Assembly (NCBI GenBank): GCA_964187785.1
Contig: OZ076409.1
Span: 6,512,001 to 6,576,000 of the forward strand
Reading direction: 5' to 3'
DNA: 64,000 nucleotides
Source: Amphiscolops sp. MND2022
Lineage: Eukaryota
Shown: positions 13,417-27,100 of the stretch, in pieces
How the letters are laid out: the number at the start of each line of letters is the position of its first letter
Position numbering within the stretch: the first letter of the stretch is position 1
Notes under the pieces: generated by a model
Told to the model about the DNA's origin: nothing
The model's database searches: none
The model's input: only the letters and a program-made list of their open reading frames with translations
Made by a program: the position numbers and the translations under genes

Positions 13417-14236
13417 TAGGAATTTCTCTCGCTAGGAAACAATGATTATTATTATCATTTGACGATAAATGCCTGAAAAATTTCAAAACCGTTACAGTTT
13501 CAATATTTCACGACAATAGAATGATTACATTAATAACATTGGAAGTCCAAACAAAGAGCTAGAATCATATTCGATTAAACAGTACACAAGTGTTCCAGCA
13601 ATGTAGGTTGTCATCCGAAAAGTTGGGTTGAATGATTATGTTGGTTTCCAACAAAGTGAAACCGAGTACTCGCTGTTACTTTCTCTAACGTTCTTGGGGT
13701 GAAAGCAATTGAATTCCAACAACTGTCTCGAATTTCTCAATTCCTCATGCGCGAACGAAATTGACCAGGTGTCCCAACGACGGTATCGAAGTCCTCGGGA
13801 CTTCTTGCAGGATTCATCCACTGATAAGTAGAGTACGTGAACAATGGCCTTGAAGTCTTCAACCTCTCACTTTCAAAAATCTTAAGATGGAGGTAAAGAG
13901 TTGTCTCAGTGTTTCAAAATTCATCATAGTTCCTTTCGCTATGAGTCTGACTAAATTGTGGATAACACTATTTTGCCCACTGTGGAACTTTTGTTTTCCT
14001 AAAAGTACATTTATACCTTCCCTTGTGGCCTCTAGGTATACCTTTCTATCAATCGTGATTATTCATTTTACTTCGTTTCCAATGAAAATTCAGGTGAAAC
14101 ACGAGTGATTCAATTTTGGCTACTTCGACTATCACGATTTTATTTCGGTTCTGTGCGTAACATTTGCTCTCTCTGCTGGGTCCAATCTTGTCACATGACG
14201 TAGCAGACCGCCCTTCAGAAAAATAGCAAGAACGAC

Positions 14237-14456
14237 TAAGCCATGACTTTCCTCTATCTGAAAAGGGGAAAATCGTCTTTTCTGGCACTCGTTAATTGGG
14301 CTACTATTGGGTCTCAACTCTGGTTGTTCCAGCTGGGAGGTTACTTCCTGAAGAGTGGAGGCCCAATAGTAGCCCAATTAACGAGTGCCAGAAAAGACGA
14401 TTTTTCGAAGCTTTGAGTTCACATTCCCTTTTCAGATAGAGGAAAGTCATGGCTTA
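14237..14456. repeat. Near-palindromic foldback/MITE
   Basis: TAAGCCATGACTTTCCTCTATCTGAAAAGGG...GGGCTACTATTGGG is mirrored by CCCAATAGTAGCCC...CCCTTTTCAGATAGAGGAAAGTCATGGCTTA. Confidence 0.8.
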
Positions 14457-15112
14457 TACACAGGTTTCAGCACTGACTAGTTCGTGCACGAATTAGCCAG
14501 TGTTGAAAATTGTGTATTTCTGCGAGAAAATGTTCCATTCAACTGTTTTCTTGTAAGGAAGAAACTGCTTCATCAAAGAACTATCGTGTCTGTTCTTCTC
14601 TTCCTACTCTTAACTTTTATTGCAACACCGGAAATACTTCGAAGTAAGATTTCGAAGTGGAACAACTCATCGACCGATTATGTTTCAGGTCTGCTCCAAC
14701 TACACTTCTTCCAATCTGCTATCAACTCCAGGGAACCGCAACTTTTTTGCAATTGTATTTGTTGCAAACTTGTTTGCAAGTGTAAATGATTTCGGACTTC
14801 TGCATTTACCCATATTTGTAAAAACAGATGGAATTCACTGCTATTACCGCATATATTTCAGTTTCGACGTTATTCATGTTTTTGGATGCAAATCAAAACA
14901 AATCAAATTTAAAAACAGTGCAATCAATTTTTCGAGAAATTTTCGGAAAACAATTCTGAAAAATTTTTGATGAAGCAGAGGAGACATACACTATGGTAGC
15001 AAAAAGCGACGTATAGCTGAAAATTAAATCTTATTCAGTTTGTGAAGAACTTTTCATTTTCATTCTCAACCGGAAGTGAAATCAATCACTCTTGAATTAA
15101 ACATTGTTGAAA

Positions 15113-16192
15113 ATGGTCAAACCTTTGGATTCATGCGTTGTTTGCAAAATCGTTACACTTCGCGATTAAACATCGCGAAATGGGTTTATCATACAAAAAA
15201 ATTAAAGAAAAGTTGGGTCTTAAATCTCGATCGACAACTCAAACAGCTTATCAGCGTTTTTTGAGAACGAACTCTTATGTGGCGAAAAAACCTCCAGGCC
15301 GGCCAGAAAAACTCAGCGAAAAAGAGCAAAGACTAATAGTTCGAAGAGTGCAAAAAGACACAAAAACAACATTAGAACGAGTAAGAGTACTGCAAAACTC
15401 TTTTTCAACGTCAAAGACAGTTTCTAAATGTACTATTCGAAGAATCCTGAAGAAGTACGGAATTGTTTCTAGAAAAGCCGCAAAAAAGTTCAACTTGAAC
15501 AAAAAACAAAGACTGATCAGAAAATGCTGGTGCTCGAGAATGTTGAAAAAGCCCCTTGGTTTTTATCCAGCGTCAATTTTCCACCGAAAATGGGAAAAGG
15601 TTTTTTAAAAGGCGCTATACCTAAGGCTCAAAAAGCGCAAAGTTGAGACCTCGAAACACCAAAATATCACAAAGTTTGAAAGCGGACCTTTTAGTCTCGT
15701 TCGGTTTCGTATGTTACGTTCAAAAAGGCGTAAATGAGAGGGGGGACCCTCTGCACTACCTCAGATGCATTTTCGCTGGCCAGATTTGGGTGGTATTGTA
15801 AGCTTGAAGAAGGTTGTTTTTGTTTCACTCGAACCTTTGCATTTTTGTTCTGAATTTTGGCTGGATGGAAACTAGGCTTCTGGGAAAACGTCGTATTCTC
15901 AGACGAAACCCGTGTGCGCTTGAATAATGATGGCGTTCTGCGAGTGTTCAGGAAAATTGGTCGTCGCTTTTGCCCCAAAAACACCCAAGGAATACGCAGG
16001 GACAAAAGATCTATGATGTTTTGGGGGGCCATCAGATCAGATGGTAGAAAAAAGCTAATTGAATGTCCCGCAACACTTAACAGTTACGGATATTTGGAGA
16101 TTTTAAAGCAATACGATCGACATTTGAATATACCGGATTTGGTGTTCCAGCAAGACAACGCCCCAGTACACAAAAGTGAAATTGTTCGCAAC
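15113..16192 (+). pseudogene. Tc1/mariner-family transposase, interrupted and 3'-truncated
   Basis: HTH region with GRP motif and TIRRILKKYG; W..VVFSDE, MFWGAI, FQQDNAPVH; roughly 320-bp insertion (about 15556-15872) with ATCCAGC/GCTGGAT inverted ends; third catalytic residue missing. Confidence 0.88.
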
Positions 16193-16376
16193 ACAGTTGA
16201 ATTCAGGAAAACTCAAGCAGCAATCAATTCTTGTAATTTCGCACGACGTCCTCAATAACAGCGTATCTTGCATCACTCCAACGGGAACAGCCCATTGAGC
16301 ACCTTTCAATTGATCGAAACTTGGGACAACACCGAGAACGAATTGCTGCACCGATCTATTGCCGAAAAACTGGTAC

Positions 16377-17797
16377 TGTCGCAGGCTGCCGCCTGTGGCG
16401 GCATTTTGTACCAAACTATGCCCCAGAACTGTCAAATTAACCCCGGACCTGGGTTACTACCATCATAGAAACTGAAACAACTCATTTACAGTGTTAATTA
16501 ACATTTACCATGTATCCGTTAATTTTAATTGCATTCAGTAAATGACCTGATCATGAAATCTGATATCCTACTGTTTGGACTTAAGGTCAAACTGACCGCA
16601 TCAACATATACATAATATTTATCTGATACCATGTTCTAGTCGCGTTGACGTGCTGTCTGCAGTTCTATTTAATCTCAAGTGCCATTAACATTCAGTACTG
16701 TACTATAGTCATTTTGACGTTTGGTCACAAACCGTCTATATTTGACAAACAGTACTAACTCAGTTATTTAGTGCAGTCAATCTGACACTAGGTCAACATG
16801 TTATTTCAGGCAATAATTTAGAATAGTTATCACGACGTAATGTAGTATTGCGTACATGTAACCACTAGTGCTACCAGTTATTGATTTAACCCATTCCAGT
16901 GCTATTTATAGTTAGTGATGTAATATGACGTCATGTCTACGCTTAGTTATTTATAGTATTATGACATCATGTGTATTTTGGGACCCTGACACCCCAAATA
17001 TTGATTGTCATGGTCCTCCAACACTATATACCAGGAGTCCGATGATTGAGGGATTCATTTTGTTGATACTGAAAACACGATATACAACTCTTTTCTTTTG
17101 ATCTAATTGATTGCAATATTCACTGTTAGAAACGTTCGATCTTCTTATCATGCCTTCTACTAGGAAGCAGAAAGCCAAGAAGAAGCGTTAAAGACAATCT
17201 GACGTAATGTCTGATAATGAAAATCTTGATGTAATGCTTGGAGCTTACTCAAGAATTGATTTAGTTGAGGAAGAGAATAATACTGAAACAGAAGTAGACT
17301 TAGAGTCAGATAGACTACAGCGGAGTGAAGGTCAAACTGAGAAAAACTTTTGGTCACTATTGAATACTAATCCAAGTGAAAACAGTGAGATTACTGTGGA
17401 AACTAACAGAAAAATCAATTCTGAATTTTCTTCCCAAATGTCTCGGAAACTAGAGGAATTGAAAACAGACCTAAATTCTCACATATTTGATGTAATTAAC
17501 TCTGCATTAGAGGAAAGAGTATTCCGAGCATTAAAAGTGCTCTAGAAACCAAGAATTCGGCTCAAAACACGAATTTGGACCTTCGGTCAGATGGACCGCA
17601 ATCGAGTAATTTTAGTCAAGAACGTGCCCAGAAGGACTTAAGGTCATATGGACGGCATCCGGAAAATTCCAGCCAAAGGTCTCAGGATGCTCAAAATGAC
17701 TTCCCCAGGTTAATAACAATGAATAATAACCGTACAAATCACTGTAGAAGAATTTCAATGAATTCCAACAATAGTGATGAAGATCATGGTTATGACA
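16377..17797 (+). repeat. 5' LTR (1421 bp)
   Basis: TGTCGCAGG...TTATGACA, direct repeat of 29995-31414. Confidence 0.95.
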
Positions 17798-18843
17798 TGG
17801 TGACAGGAGCCTACCTTACCCCACAAACGGTCCCTGAGTTCTGACCGGACGTCCCACGCAGTCTCGAAATACCAATCCCCATCAACAGTGCGTCAATGAC
17901 GACACGCTAGACACTACCTTACCGGCGCAACTACAGTCTGTCCCTATTAACAACTAGGGGCAACACTCTGAAACACCCCTAGACCCCATTAACCGTCTTG
18001 CAGACGTAATTATGGGAATGAACAACAAATCTTCCGCACAAACACTGATGGTACGCCCAGTCAATACCGCCACGCTGACATTTGATGGGAAATCCGAAAA
18101 GTTTGAACTGTTTGAAGTTGTTTGAAGATGATGAAGATCTTTCACACGATGATAAAGATGCAACCGGACATGACGGAAACAATGGAAATTAATCACTTCC
18201 ACTCACTGTTGCGCAAAAACGCGCTACAAACCTTCCGTAACACTAGTTCGGCAAACAGACAAACATTGGACGACATACTAGCCGTCTTTCGCCGAAAATA
18301 CGTCAAACCTGAATCTCAGGCTAGTGCCAAACACAAATGGCACAAACTTGTATTCAATCCAAATACAATGAAATTGCCTGATTTCCTCGAAGAACTCAAT
18401 CAGGCGCTGAAAAAGCCTTTGGAGAACACGCGCAAGCAATGATCGACAGTCTACTTTATGCCAAACCTCCACCAAAAATCAAACGTTCCGTCAACATGGC
18501 GCGATTAGAAAACGCTACCTATGAAGAGATCGTCACTCACCTAGAAGGTGAATTGGAATTAAATGGCCTTGAGGAAGGTGATGACATTCCCGTTCCCACA
18601 ATGTCCACAGCCCCAACAACGACACGTCCAGGACAAGGCCTCCTTTCGTCAGGAATTGACACAGGAACAACATGCAACTATTGCAAAAAACCTGGTCATG
18701 TCATAGACGAATGTCGCAAACTCAAAAAAAGGAGGAACAAAAACGTAATGAAGGCCAGAGTACCAAAAAAGAGTACCCAAAGTGCCCGACCTGTAACAAA
18801 ACAAACCACCCGGCGGAAAGGTGTTGGGAAGGCGCCATATTAA
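17150..18843 (+). pseudogene. gag-like ORF starting inside the 5' LTR, with stops and frameshifts
   Basis: MPSTRKQKAKKKR at 17150; capsid-like TFDGKSEKFE region; two CCHC knuckles CNYCKKPGHVIDEC and CPTCNKTNHPAERC. Confidence 0.8.
17798..17811 (+). promoter_or_regulatory. Primer-binding site, tRNA-Leu-like
   Basis: TGGTGACAGGAGCC directly after the LTR terminal CA; one mismatch to the common Leu PBS TGGTGTCAGGAG. Confidence 0.7.
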
Positions 18844-19299
18844 TGAAAAACTACGTGTCAGACAATACATAATATCTGACCCTTCCACTATATATTGTAC
18901 AGAATATTACGCTTCACTAAAAGAAAATTCATCTGCTGACTGGCAGCAGCAGGTGAAGAACACTCCTACTAATCTACTTGACTTGGACCACCAGTCCAAC
19001 AGACTCCACTGTAATACCAGTACTACCCGGCCCCTACCTCTTATAAATGACTATAACCCCTATTACCCTGACCCAGATTTTGGTTTTGATCCTTATTGGG
19101 ACATTCAGCTCTACAACCAACATCATCTTCACTTCTACAACAATTACCATACGAAACCCATGGCAATGGAACCTGATTCATATGACACTGACAGAAACCT
19201 CAACTTAACCCTGACCAAGGCTCTCGTAGACCTTTGGCAATATAAAAGGACCACCACAACTCTAGCAATTCCAGAACAACCAATAACCAAACCTTCCGA

Positions 19300-22200
19300 A
19301 GACGGACCTGTGGTCGCGCTGACTGCAGCCGTTGAAGAGCGCTTTGTGAACACGCTTATCTCAAGAGACGGTGAACCCGATTACGTCCCACTAACGACAA
19401 ATTTGGGACTCAAATACAAACGACGAAAGCTCTATTTTCCAATGGATTTCGGCGAACTTACATTAGATGGCCTTGTAGACACGCGAGCCCTATCGAGCAC
19501 GATCCCAGAAGCTGATCCACGTAAAATCCGACTATTAGCCCCTCAGTCAATAATCAAAGAGGGCCCAGCTCCTAACTTCCAAATTATGGTAGCTAATGGA
19601 CAGCTGGAAACTCCTAAGAGCACCGTCGAACTCAAATTCGAGGTTGGGATATCGACTTTCACGAGATTTTTGTAGTCATGGAAAAACTTACAAGTCCGTT
19701 AATTGGTCTCTCGTTCCTTCAACGGAAAAATACCATACTTGATATGAGAGAGGGAGTCCTAAATTTTCCGTTCTTTTCCATGCAATTGAAAACCGCCGAC
19801 CACAAGTACACTAATGTCATGGAACCTATTTGCGCTTGGGAGGACATAACTATTCCCCCCAATGATAGACATATGGTCTCCATGTGCTCACAAATGTATG
19901 AGGATACTAGCGTCACTGGAATTCTTCAACCGAGCACTGATTTTGCAGAAGATGGAGACATAACCTTCTGTGCTGCTCTAGTCACACTGACCCAAGGTCA
20001 GGTATCAATTCATGTGAATAACTTCGCGGATCAGCCTTACACCCTCAAACGAGGTTCGCACATTGCCAATTTCTCTGTCCTAACTCCAGAACAGTTGAAA
20101 TACGTTAAACCTATCGACCCAGTGACCACTTGGCATCTTCTACAGGATAATCCTGAAAATGCCGCCTACTATGCCAGCAGTCTAATTAAATCTCCGAAAG
20201 CTGAAGACACCACCAAAAACTATTGGTTTCCTACTCCAGAGCAACCAGGAGATCCTCAGACGCATACACCAATCCAACAAAGAAATCTCAGAGAATTGCA
20301 CAACCTGCAGGAACTAGAGAAACTCAACCCCCAGGATGACCCTGAGTCTAGGAAACAGTTTCTCGCCAACTTTGACTGGGCAGACTCGACGTTGAACCCA
20401 ACCGAAATTGCCCAAATCAAAGAGCTTCTTGTCGAATTCCACGACATTTTTGCACGACACCGCTTCGACATAGGAATGAATGAGAACTTCAAGGTAACAC
20501 TAACTCCTAAAGATGACTCCCCTGCCTACAGTCAAGGCTTACCTACACCGATCAATCTCAAGGAGGACATTCTCGTTGAATTAGCCCTTCTACACAGATA
20601 TGGGATCATAACAAGGCTCCCATTTTCCAAGTATGCAAGTCCCATCTTTGACCAGAAAAAACCAAATGGCAAATTACGACTCTTTGTCGATCTTTGCAAG
20701 ATCAATAATTTGATCTCTGATGATTATATCAATAACAATCATCCTGTGAGTACTTTAACGGACGCCGCACAGCACAAGGCACGCAAACGCCTGTTCTGCA
20801 TATTAGATTGTTTGCAGGCGTATCATTGTCTACAAATGGCGGACCAGAGGTCCATCGAGATGCTCGCATTCAACTTTGCTAGCAGGACATTCGCTTACCG
20901 CAGATTGGCGCAAGGTCTAAGAAGAGCTCTTTGTGCCTTCTCGAGTTTCATGCGTGAATATCTGGACAAGGTGATCAAAGCGGACCAATGCGCTCAGTAC
21001 GTAGATGATATTGGGATTGCTGCCAACAATGCTACGCAACTAATCAACAATTTGCGGGCTACCTTTGAATGCATTAGGACCCCAGGTCCCAAACTAACGA
21101 TGCATAAATGCCGTTTTGGAGCAAAGGATATTGACTTCCTGGGACGCACCATCAACCCTGAAGGATTGCGGCCACAACGACCCAGGGTCCAAAACTTCCT
21201 AGAAAAAACGAAATTCCCAAAATCCAAAAAAAGCACTCCAACGATACTTGGGCTTCCGAAACTATTATCGCAACTACATCCCAAGACTTTCAGAAAAACT
21301 GACCCTTTTTTCAAATGATTGAAAAATGATGCCAAAGTCCTGGTGACACCCGATCTGTTAGAACAATTCACCGAGATCAACAAAGCTCTTGACCGATGTT
21401 GTGAACTTGCACTCAAACAACCCCTGCCTAATAAACAAATAGCCCTAATGACAGACGCTAGTTTTTCGGCAGCAGGTTTCGCAGTTCTCATCGAGAATGA
21501 TCAAATGGAAAAATATTCATCAACGCGGAAAGCGTTCGCACCTGTAGCATATGGATCCAAGACCTTTATTCCCGCACAATTGAAAATGTCCATCTACGCC
21601 AAAGAGTTCTTAGCAATATTCTTTGCCTTCAAGGAATTTGGCCATATCTTTTGGGGGACTCCGAAACCGGTGATCATTCTGACAGACAACAAGTCGGTCA
21701 CTCGCTTTTTTCAAACTAAAACCATTCCACCAACCCTGTGGAACGCGTGTGACTACGTCATTCAGTTCAATTTCACAATCGCTCATATTCCTGGCAAAAA
21801 TAACACCGCCGCAGACTATCTGTCTTGTCTAGAAATTGGCCCTAAAGAGAAACTCATACTCCGCATACGGGAGGACATATCGACGACGCCCATCGAACTC
21901 AACGTCCAATCAGCTGGTGTCACTGAAGAGGACCAGATATTCTATACCGACGACGTTGAAGAAACTGAAGAACAGATCTGGCTGCGGAAGAAAAACGCCA
22001 AGTCACACCCGACAAACCAATTACCGGATATCACTCTAGGAAAACTCAGTGTCCACAACACTGTCTTCTCCCAACAGACAACTTTACAAAGACTATCAAA
22101 CTTCACCACCATGGCTATTGAACAACAAAATGATGTAGTTCTACATCAATTACGTCTCAAACTACAGAAAGAAGAATATTCTGAAACGATTTTACAGCAA

Positions 22201-23999
22201 GATCCCCGCTACCGTCATTACTGCAGTCAAATTGACCGTCTGTCCGTTCAGGATGACGTCATCACCAGAGATTATTATGACGAAACGGGAAGCGTTCAGT
22301 ACCGCCAGGCGATATTTTACCCAAACACCTCGTGTCAGATCTACTCCAATCACTACACGGAACAGCAAGCAAACATCCAGGGATTTCCAAGATGCTTTAC
22401 GAAATCCGTCAAAAATATTACTATCCTGGAATTGCAAAAATCGTCAAAAGTGGGTCCAAGGTACGAAATTTGTATCAAGGACAAAAGAATCAAAAACTCA
22501 TCAATCACACCAGAGCTACTCAATTTGCCTGAATGGGATCTTGGTCCAGAAGACGCTTTACAAATTGATCTGTTACCAAACCTCCCTCCGAGCGGGGGAT
22601 ATGAAAATATCATTACTGCTCTGGACGTCTTCTCCAGATACCTATTCGCCTACCCAGTAATTGATGCTTCGGCCTCAAGTACAGCAGAAGTACTTATTGA
22701 CATCATGACAAGACATGCCTACTTACCAACGACCCTCTTCACTGACAAAGGCACAGCATTTACGTCACGTCTGGGGGAAGGGATTGCCAAAAAATTGGGC
22801 ATCCAGATTAAATGCGCAACAACGAAACATCCTTAGACGATAGGCAAACTGGAGAGAAATCACGCTAGCCTTAAGGGCAACCTTAAAATGGCTTCCGGTG
22901 AATACTGTCGCCAATGGCACAAATATCTTTCATTGGCTGTCCTCAACTACAATACGACCTATCATTCGATTCTAGGATGCGAACCTTCCAGAATTTTCCA
23001 TGGAAGAGTACCGTACAACATTCTAGACTACCGGTCGGGCTCAAATCCCAACCCAAAATTCCCCCAACAACGGATTTTGCCGAGGAATCACAAAGACGTA
23101 CTCAAATTCTGATCGATAAAACGAAGAAAATATTCATCATGCAGTCGTACTTAAAGTACAAGGATTACTATGACCGCAAAACAAAGGCAGCCCGATTACA
23201 ACAGGGAGACTATTGTTTTATACTCCAGCCGCTAGCAGACCACCAGGTATCCAAAATTCCATTTCGAGAATTCCGGTGGATCGAGCCGTACGTCATTGAA
23301 AAAGGTTCACCAAACGAAAACTACATTGTCCGAAAACTCACCTCAAATAAAACGCAAATTTTACACCGGACACGTTTACGAAAATACACTCCGAATAAAG
23401 AATTACGTGACGTCCGCCCGGAAGGCAATTAGCAAGCTGATGATGAAATCGTCATACCACAAGACGATCTTTACATTATTTCTTGGGAAACGGAATTTGA
23501 TGATTTTCCTATGCATTCCGACCGAAAAAACACTTTCGATGATTCTCCAGTTGCTTCCGATCAACAGGATGCTATAATTACAGATTTGGACCTTCGGTCC
23601 ACTCGACGCGATCAAAATACTGACGACGCTATCACGGAGAAGCGTGAACAAGCAATCAACGATGCGGACCTTCGGTCCAATCGACTGCAGCAAGATACTA
23701 ATTCAGATGAGTCTGAGCAAATGGCTGAGCAGCCGGATGAAAATATGGATGACACGGACCTTAGGTCAAACCGACCGCAATCAACTACTGAGTCCGAAAT
23801 TGATGAAAAAACCTCCAAAAGCCCCTCAAAAGTGGGAAATTCCGACTTTTTGAATTCTAGAGGGAAGGATATAATCGTGCCCGATTTATCAGACAATGAA
23901 AGTGACGCAATGGTTGTAGAAAATGAAAGTCCCAGGGCAGGAAAAAAAATTCGACGTCCTAACCCTTCTCCAAACTTTACTGATGAGTTCAGATATTAG
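19300..23999 (+). pseudogene. pol: protease, RT, RNase H, integrase with GPY/F-like tail; disrupted
   Basis: LVDTRA (protease, mutated), YVDD, TDAS/KEFLA/TDNK/ADYLS, H..HPG..C zinc motif, IDLL/DVFSRY/TDKG/KLER, WIEPY; acidic C-terminal tail. Start coordinate approximate. Confidence 0.92.
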
Positions 24000-24139
24000 T
24001 CAGATATGTAAATTATGGCCTTTACTGAACTTTCTGATTATTTTATGGGCCCTGAACTGACTTTACGTTTTACGAAAAAACAGAAATGGCGCCAGAATTG
24101 TCCCAAACAACAAAACCGTAATACTGCAAGAAATAAACA

Positions 24140-27100
24140 AACAAATGTACTGCTAGTCGGATTGTCAGAATCAACTGATCCAAATTTCACGCTGGGTAAA
24201 ACAGGAAACGGCTCATCGAGGCACAGGCACGCCAAACGAAACAGCTTGTAGAGCAAAGGACAACTATGCAGGGTAGGCAATTCAACAAGGAATTTGACAG
24301 TGTCAGGAATCAGTAAAGTAGGCTGCGCCAAGTCAGAAAAAGTGCGTCTCACATCATCCAGGAATGACAAAAATTTTTCACCGCTTGCAGTTTCTTGATC
24401 TGTAGTAAAGTGGCCTCGCAGTCGGAAACTGGTAAACAATTGGGCATGACAGTAAGTCGCGTGCGCTATGGGTCCAAGCCAAAGGATTTCCGAATCGAAA
24501 CAACCGAAGCCTTTAACGAGGTCATTGGTGAGCCCCTTCAGTTCTTGGAACGAATTAAATAAAAAGGTGACGTAACTGCGTGCTGCCCTTCCAAACTCTT
24601 CTTTATTTTTACTGGACAGTGCGTCGATGGATAGTCCTGAGTTGCATTTTTCCAATTTGTCGTGTCCAGTTTTGATTTTGCAAGCCGCATCTAACTTAGA
24701 ACCAAACTTGGCCCGGGAAAGGAAATTTGAGACACTGAGTGCAGTTGTGGTACTCAAGTCCAAGTTGATGATTTCAGGCCAATTTTCTTCCAGAGGCAAA
24801 TCTTGTGGCGTGGAACATCGTCGCACAAGTTTGTAAAGAAACTGGCAGAGTTGTCGATAGGTATAAAATGATCTATCCCTCCGGCCAGTCAGACTGAGTG
24901 AAAAGGCATTAGCATCAAGACAAAACTAAGAGTCAGTTTGACGAAGTTAAATACTTATGAAACAAAGGAAAGGAAGACTAACAATCCCGTGCTAATCGTT
25001 GGAACAGTCCTAGTCGACAGGTGAAGAGCTCATCTCCAATATTCGACCATTCCAAGTTCTGCAGCTAGAAACGAGAGGTATTTGGTCACTGCGAAGGAAT
25101 TTGATTGTTTGACCAGAAGTCAGTTTGACCTTATCCCTACCTGGTTATGTACACCTTGCATCTGTTGCTTTGGCGAATGAGTAGTGAGGAACTCCACGAT
25201 TGACTTCCAATTCTTCAGCAATTCCTGACAGTTGGCATGTCCTGACAGCCTACAAACAATACAGTCATTTAGACCTATACTTAGTCATGAAAGCCCAAAA
25301 CGATGCAAGGCTCTAACCCTGGATAACTCAGGGGCAAGTAAGACGCACTCCATGTCCAGACTGCCGCCAAGGGAGACTATGAGGTACTTCAGTACAGAAA
25401 AGAAATCAATCCGCCCAAATACGGAATAACTGTCTTTGTGCATCAACTTGGCCAGAGACACCTCGTCAAATCGCTTGAAGCTTTGCACCCCAAATGTAAA
25501 CAAAGGACTCTCGTCCAATTCTTGAACGAACTCGAGCGAACATCCACTGGCACAAACTGGATTGGGACGTGCTGAAATAGCTCCCAAGAGGCTGGGGAAA
25601 AGATGTTTTTCAGCTTGGGTTTGTCCGACAGTCCGCCCTGTCCTTTTCAAGACGACACGGCATAGCTGATTGTCGCACCAGAATCGCAGGTGCATAAAGA
25701 GGAACAGGCCCCTTAACTCAAACTCCACAGCAAACTGCCCTTCAGCCACTATGTATTGTCCAAGGTCATCCAGCATTCGTACAAATATGTGATGGAACAG
25801 GACCTGAAAATACAAATCCGACATGCTAATAAGAAGATTTGAAACGTAACATAAAGTCAGAATGGCGATAGAACTAAGTGAAGCCTAATTTGTGAAGAGT
25901 ATCAATAAATCGAAGGATCATGTCTATTGGACGCAGAGTCGCAAACTGCTTTATGAGGACTTACTGAGAGGCGTTGAAGTCAGAGAACCCCAGTTGAAGT
26001 CAGAGAACAAGGCTTGGTGGTTGACGACGATTCCAATGTCCCTCCACAAGCTGCGCAAAGACATAATGTCACCAAAGTTAGGAAGGAAGTGTCCCAAGAT
26101 AGGATTTGTACTCGTACTCTGTTTTCAGACGAGGACGTCATGTGGGTATTTCCCGCCATAGCCTCATCGTAGAACGGTAGCTTCTCACCAATATCAACCA
26201 GAGCTACGTCTTTGAACTTTGGATACTCAAGTTCCAATTCGTGAGGTGTCAAGAGTTTACCTTTCTTGTCTCTGACGTTGTGACGGATCGTCTTTGTAAC
26301 TGGATCCTCGACCGACAGATGTTCGTAGCGCCACCGTTGATCCCTCCGGAGGTGACGCTCCATCCCGTGATGTCTGAGATTTTCCTTGGCACCCCTGCCA
26401 TAGATGGATACATTCCCCTTACAAATTTAGCAAAAAAAATTATAGTGGTTCCATCTAGGATTCGTTGGCCCTGACACGAAAGTTCGTGCCCAGCTCATTC
26501 TTTCAAATAGTTCCTCTCGCATCACCTTGTTAGAACTCCACACGGATTTCTTTTTCTTAGGTTTTGGACCATTGGGACGCTTGGAACCGCTCTTCCCTTT
26601 GTTTTTGTTTATTGCCGCTTCTCGTTTTAACTCAGCTAGAGTTTGAGCTCCTGGACTGTCTATGGTTTCTCCTAATGATTGAGACCGTGGGTCATTTCGA
26701 CTACAGCCGGGTACTGGAGGACTTGGGATATTGACCTCCGATGTTCGACTGGGAGTTTGCTCGTGAGAGTGATCAGTACTCCAAAAGTCACTTTGTCCAG
26801 AGAGGGTCCTGTGACGGAAAGTATATCGGTCAGTTTCTGAATCCGTACAAGTCGATTGAACCGATTTAGGCCGATGTATGTTTTTGGCGGAATAGGGGCT
26901 CTGGTTCAAACTAGGTTGGCTAGCCGTCAGAATGAGACTGTTCATCACCCCAAAAATTGACTTCGCCGTCTCGTCAGCTACCACTTTCAACATCTGGCAC
27001 ATCTGCTCCTGGTTAAACGCCACGGTCGGGTGCCCTTGTGGAAGACATATGGGGTTTGTTTCAGTGAAACATTTCCGAATTAATTCCCTGCTACTGATGG

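Noticed and set aside
13560..14970. Coding-like short ORFs upstream of the Tc1 element
   Set aside because: No identifiable motifs or consistent exon structure.
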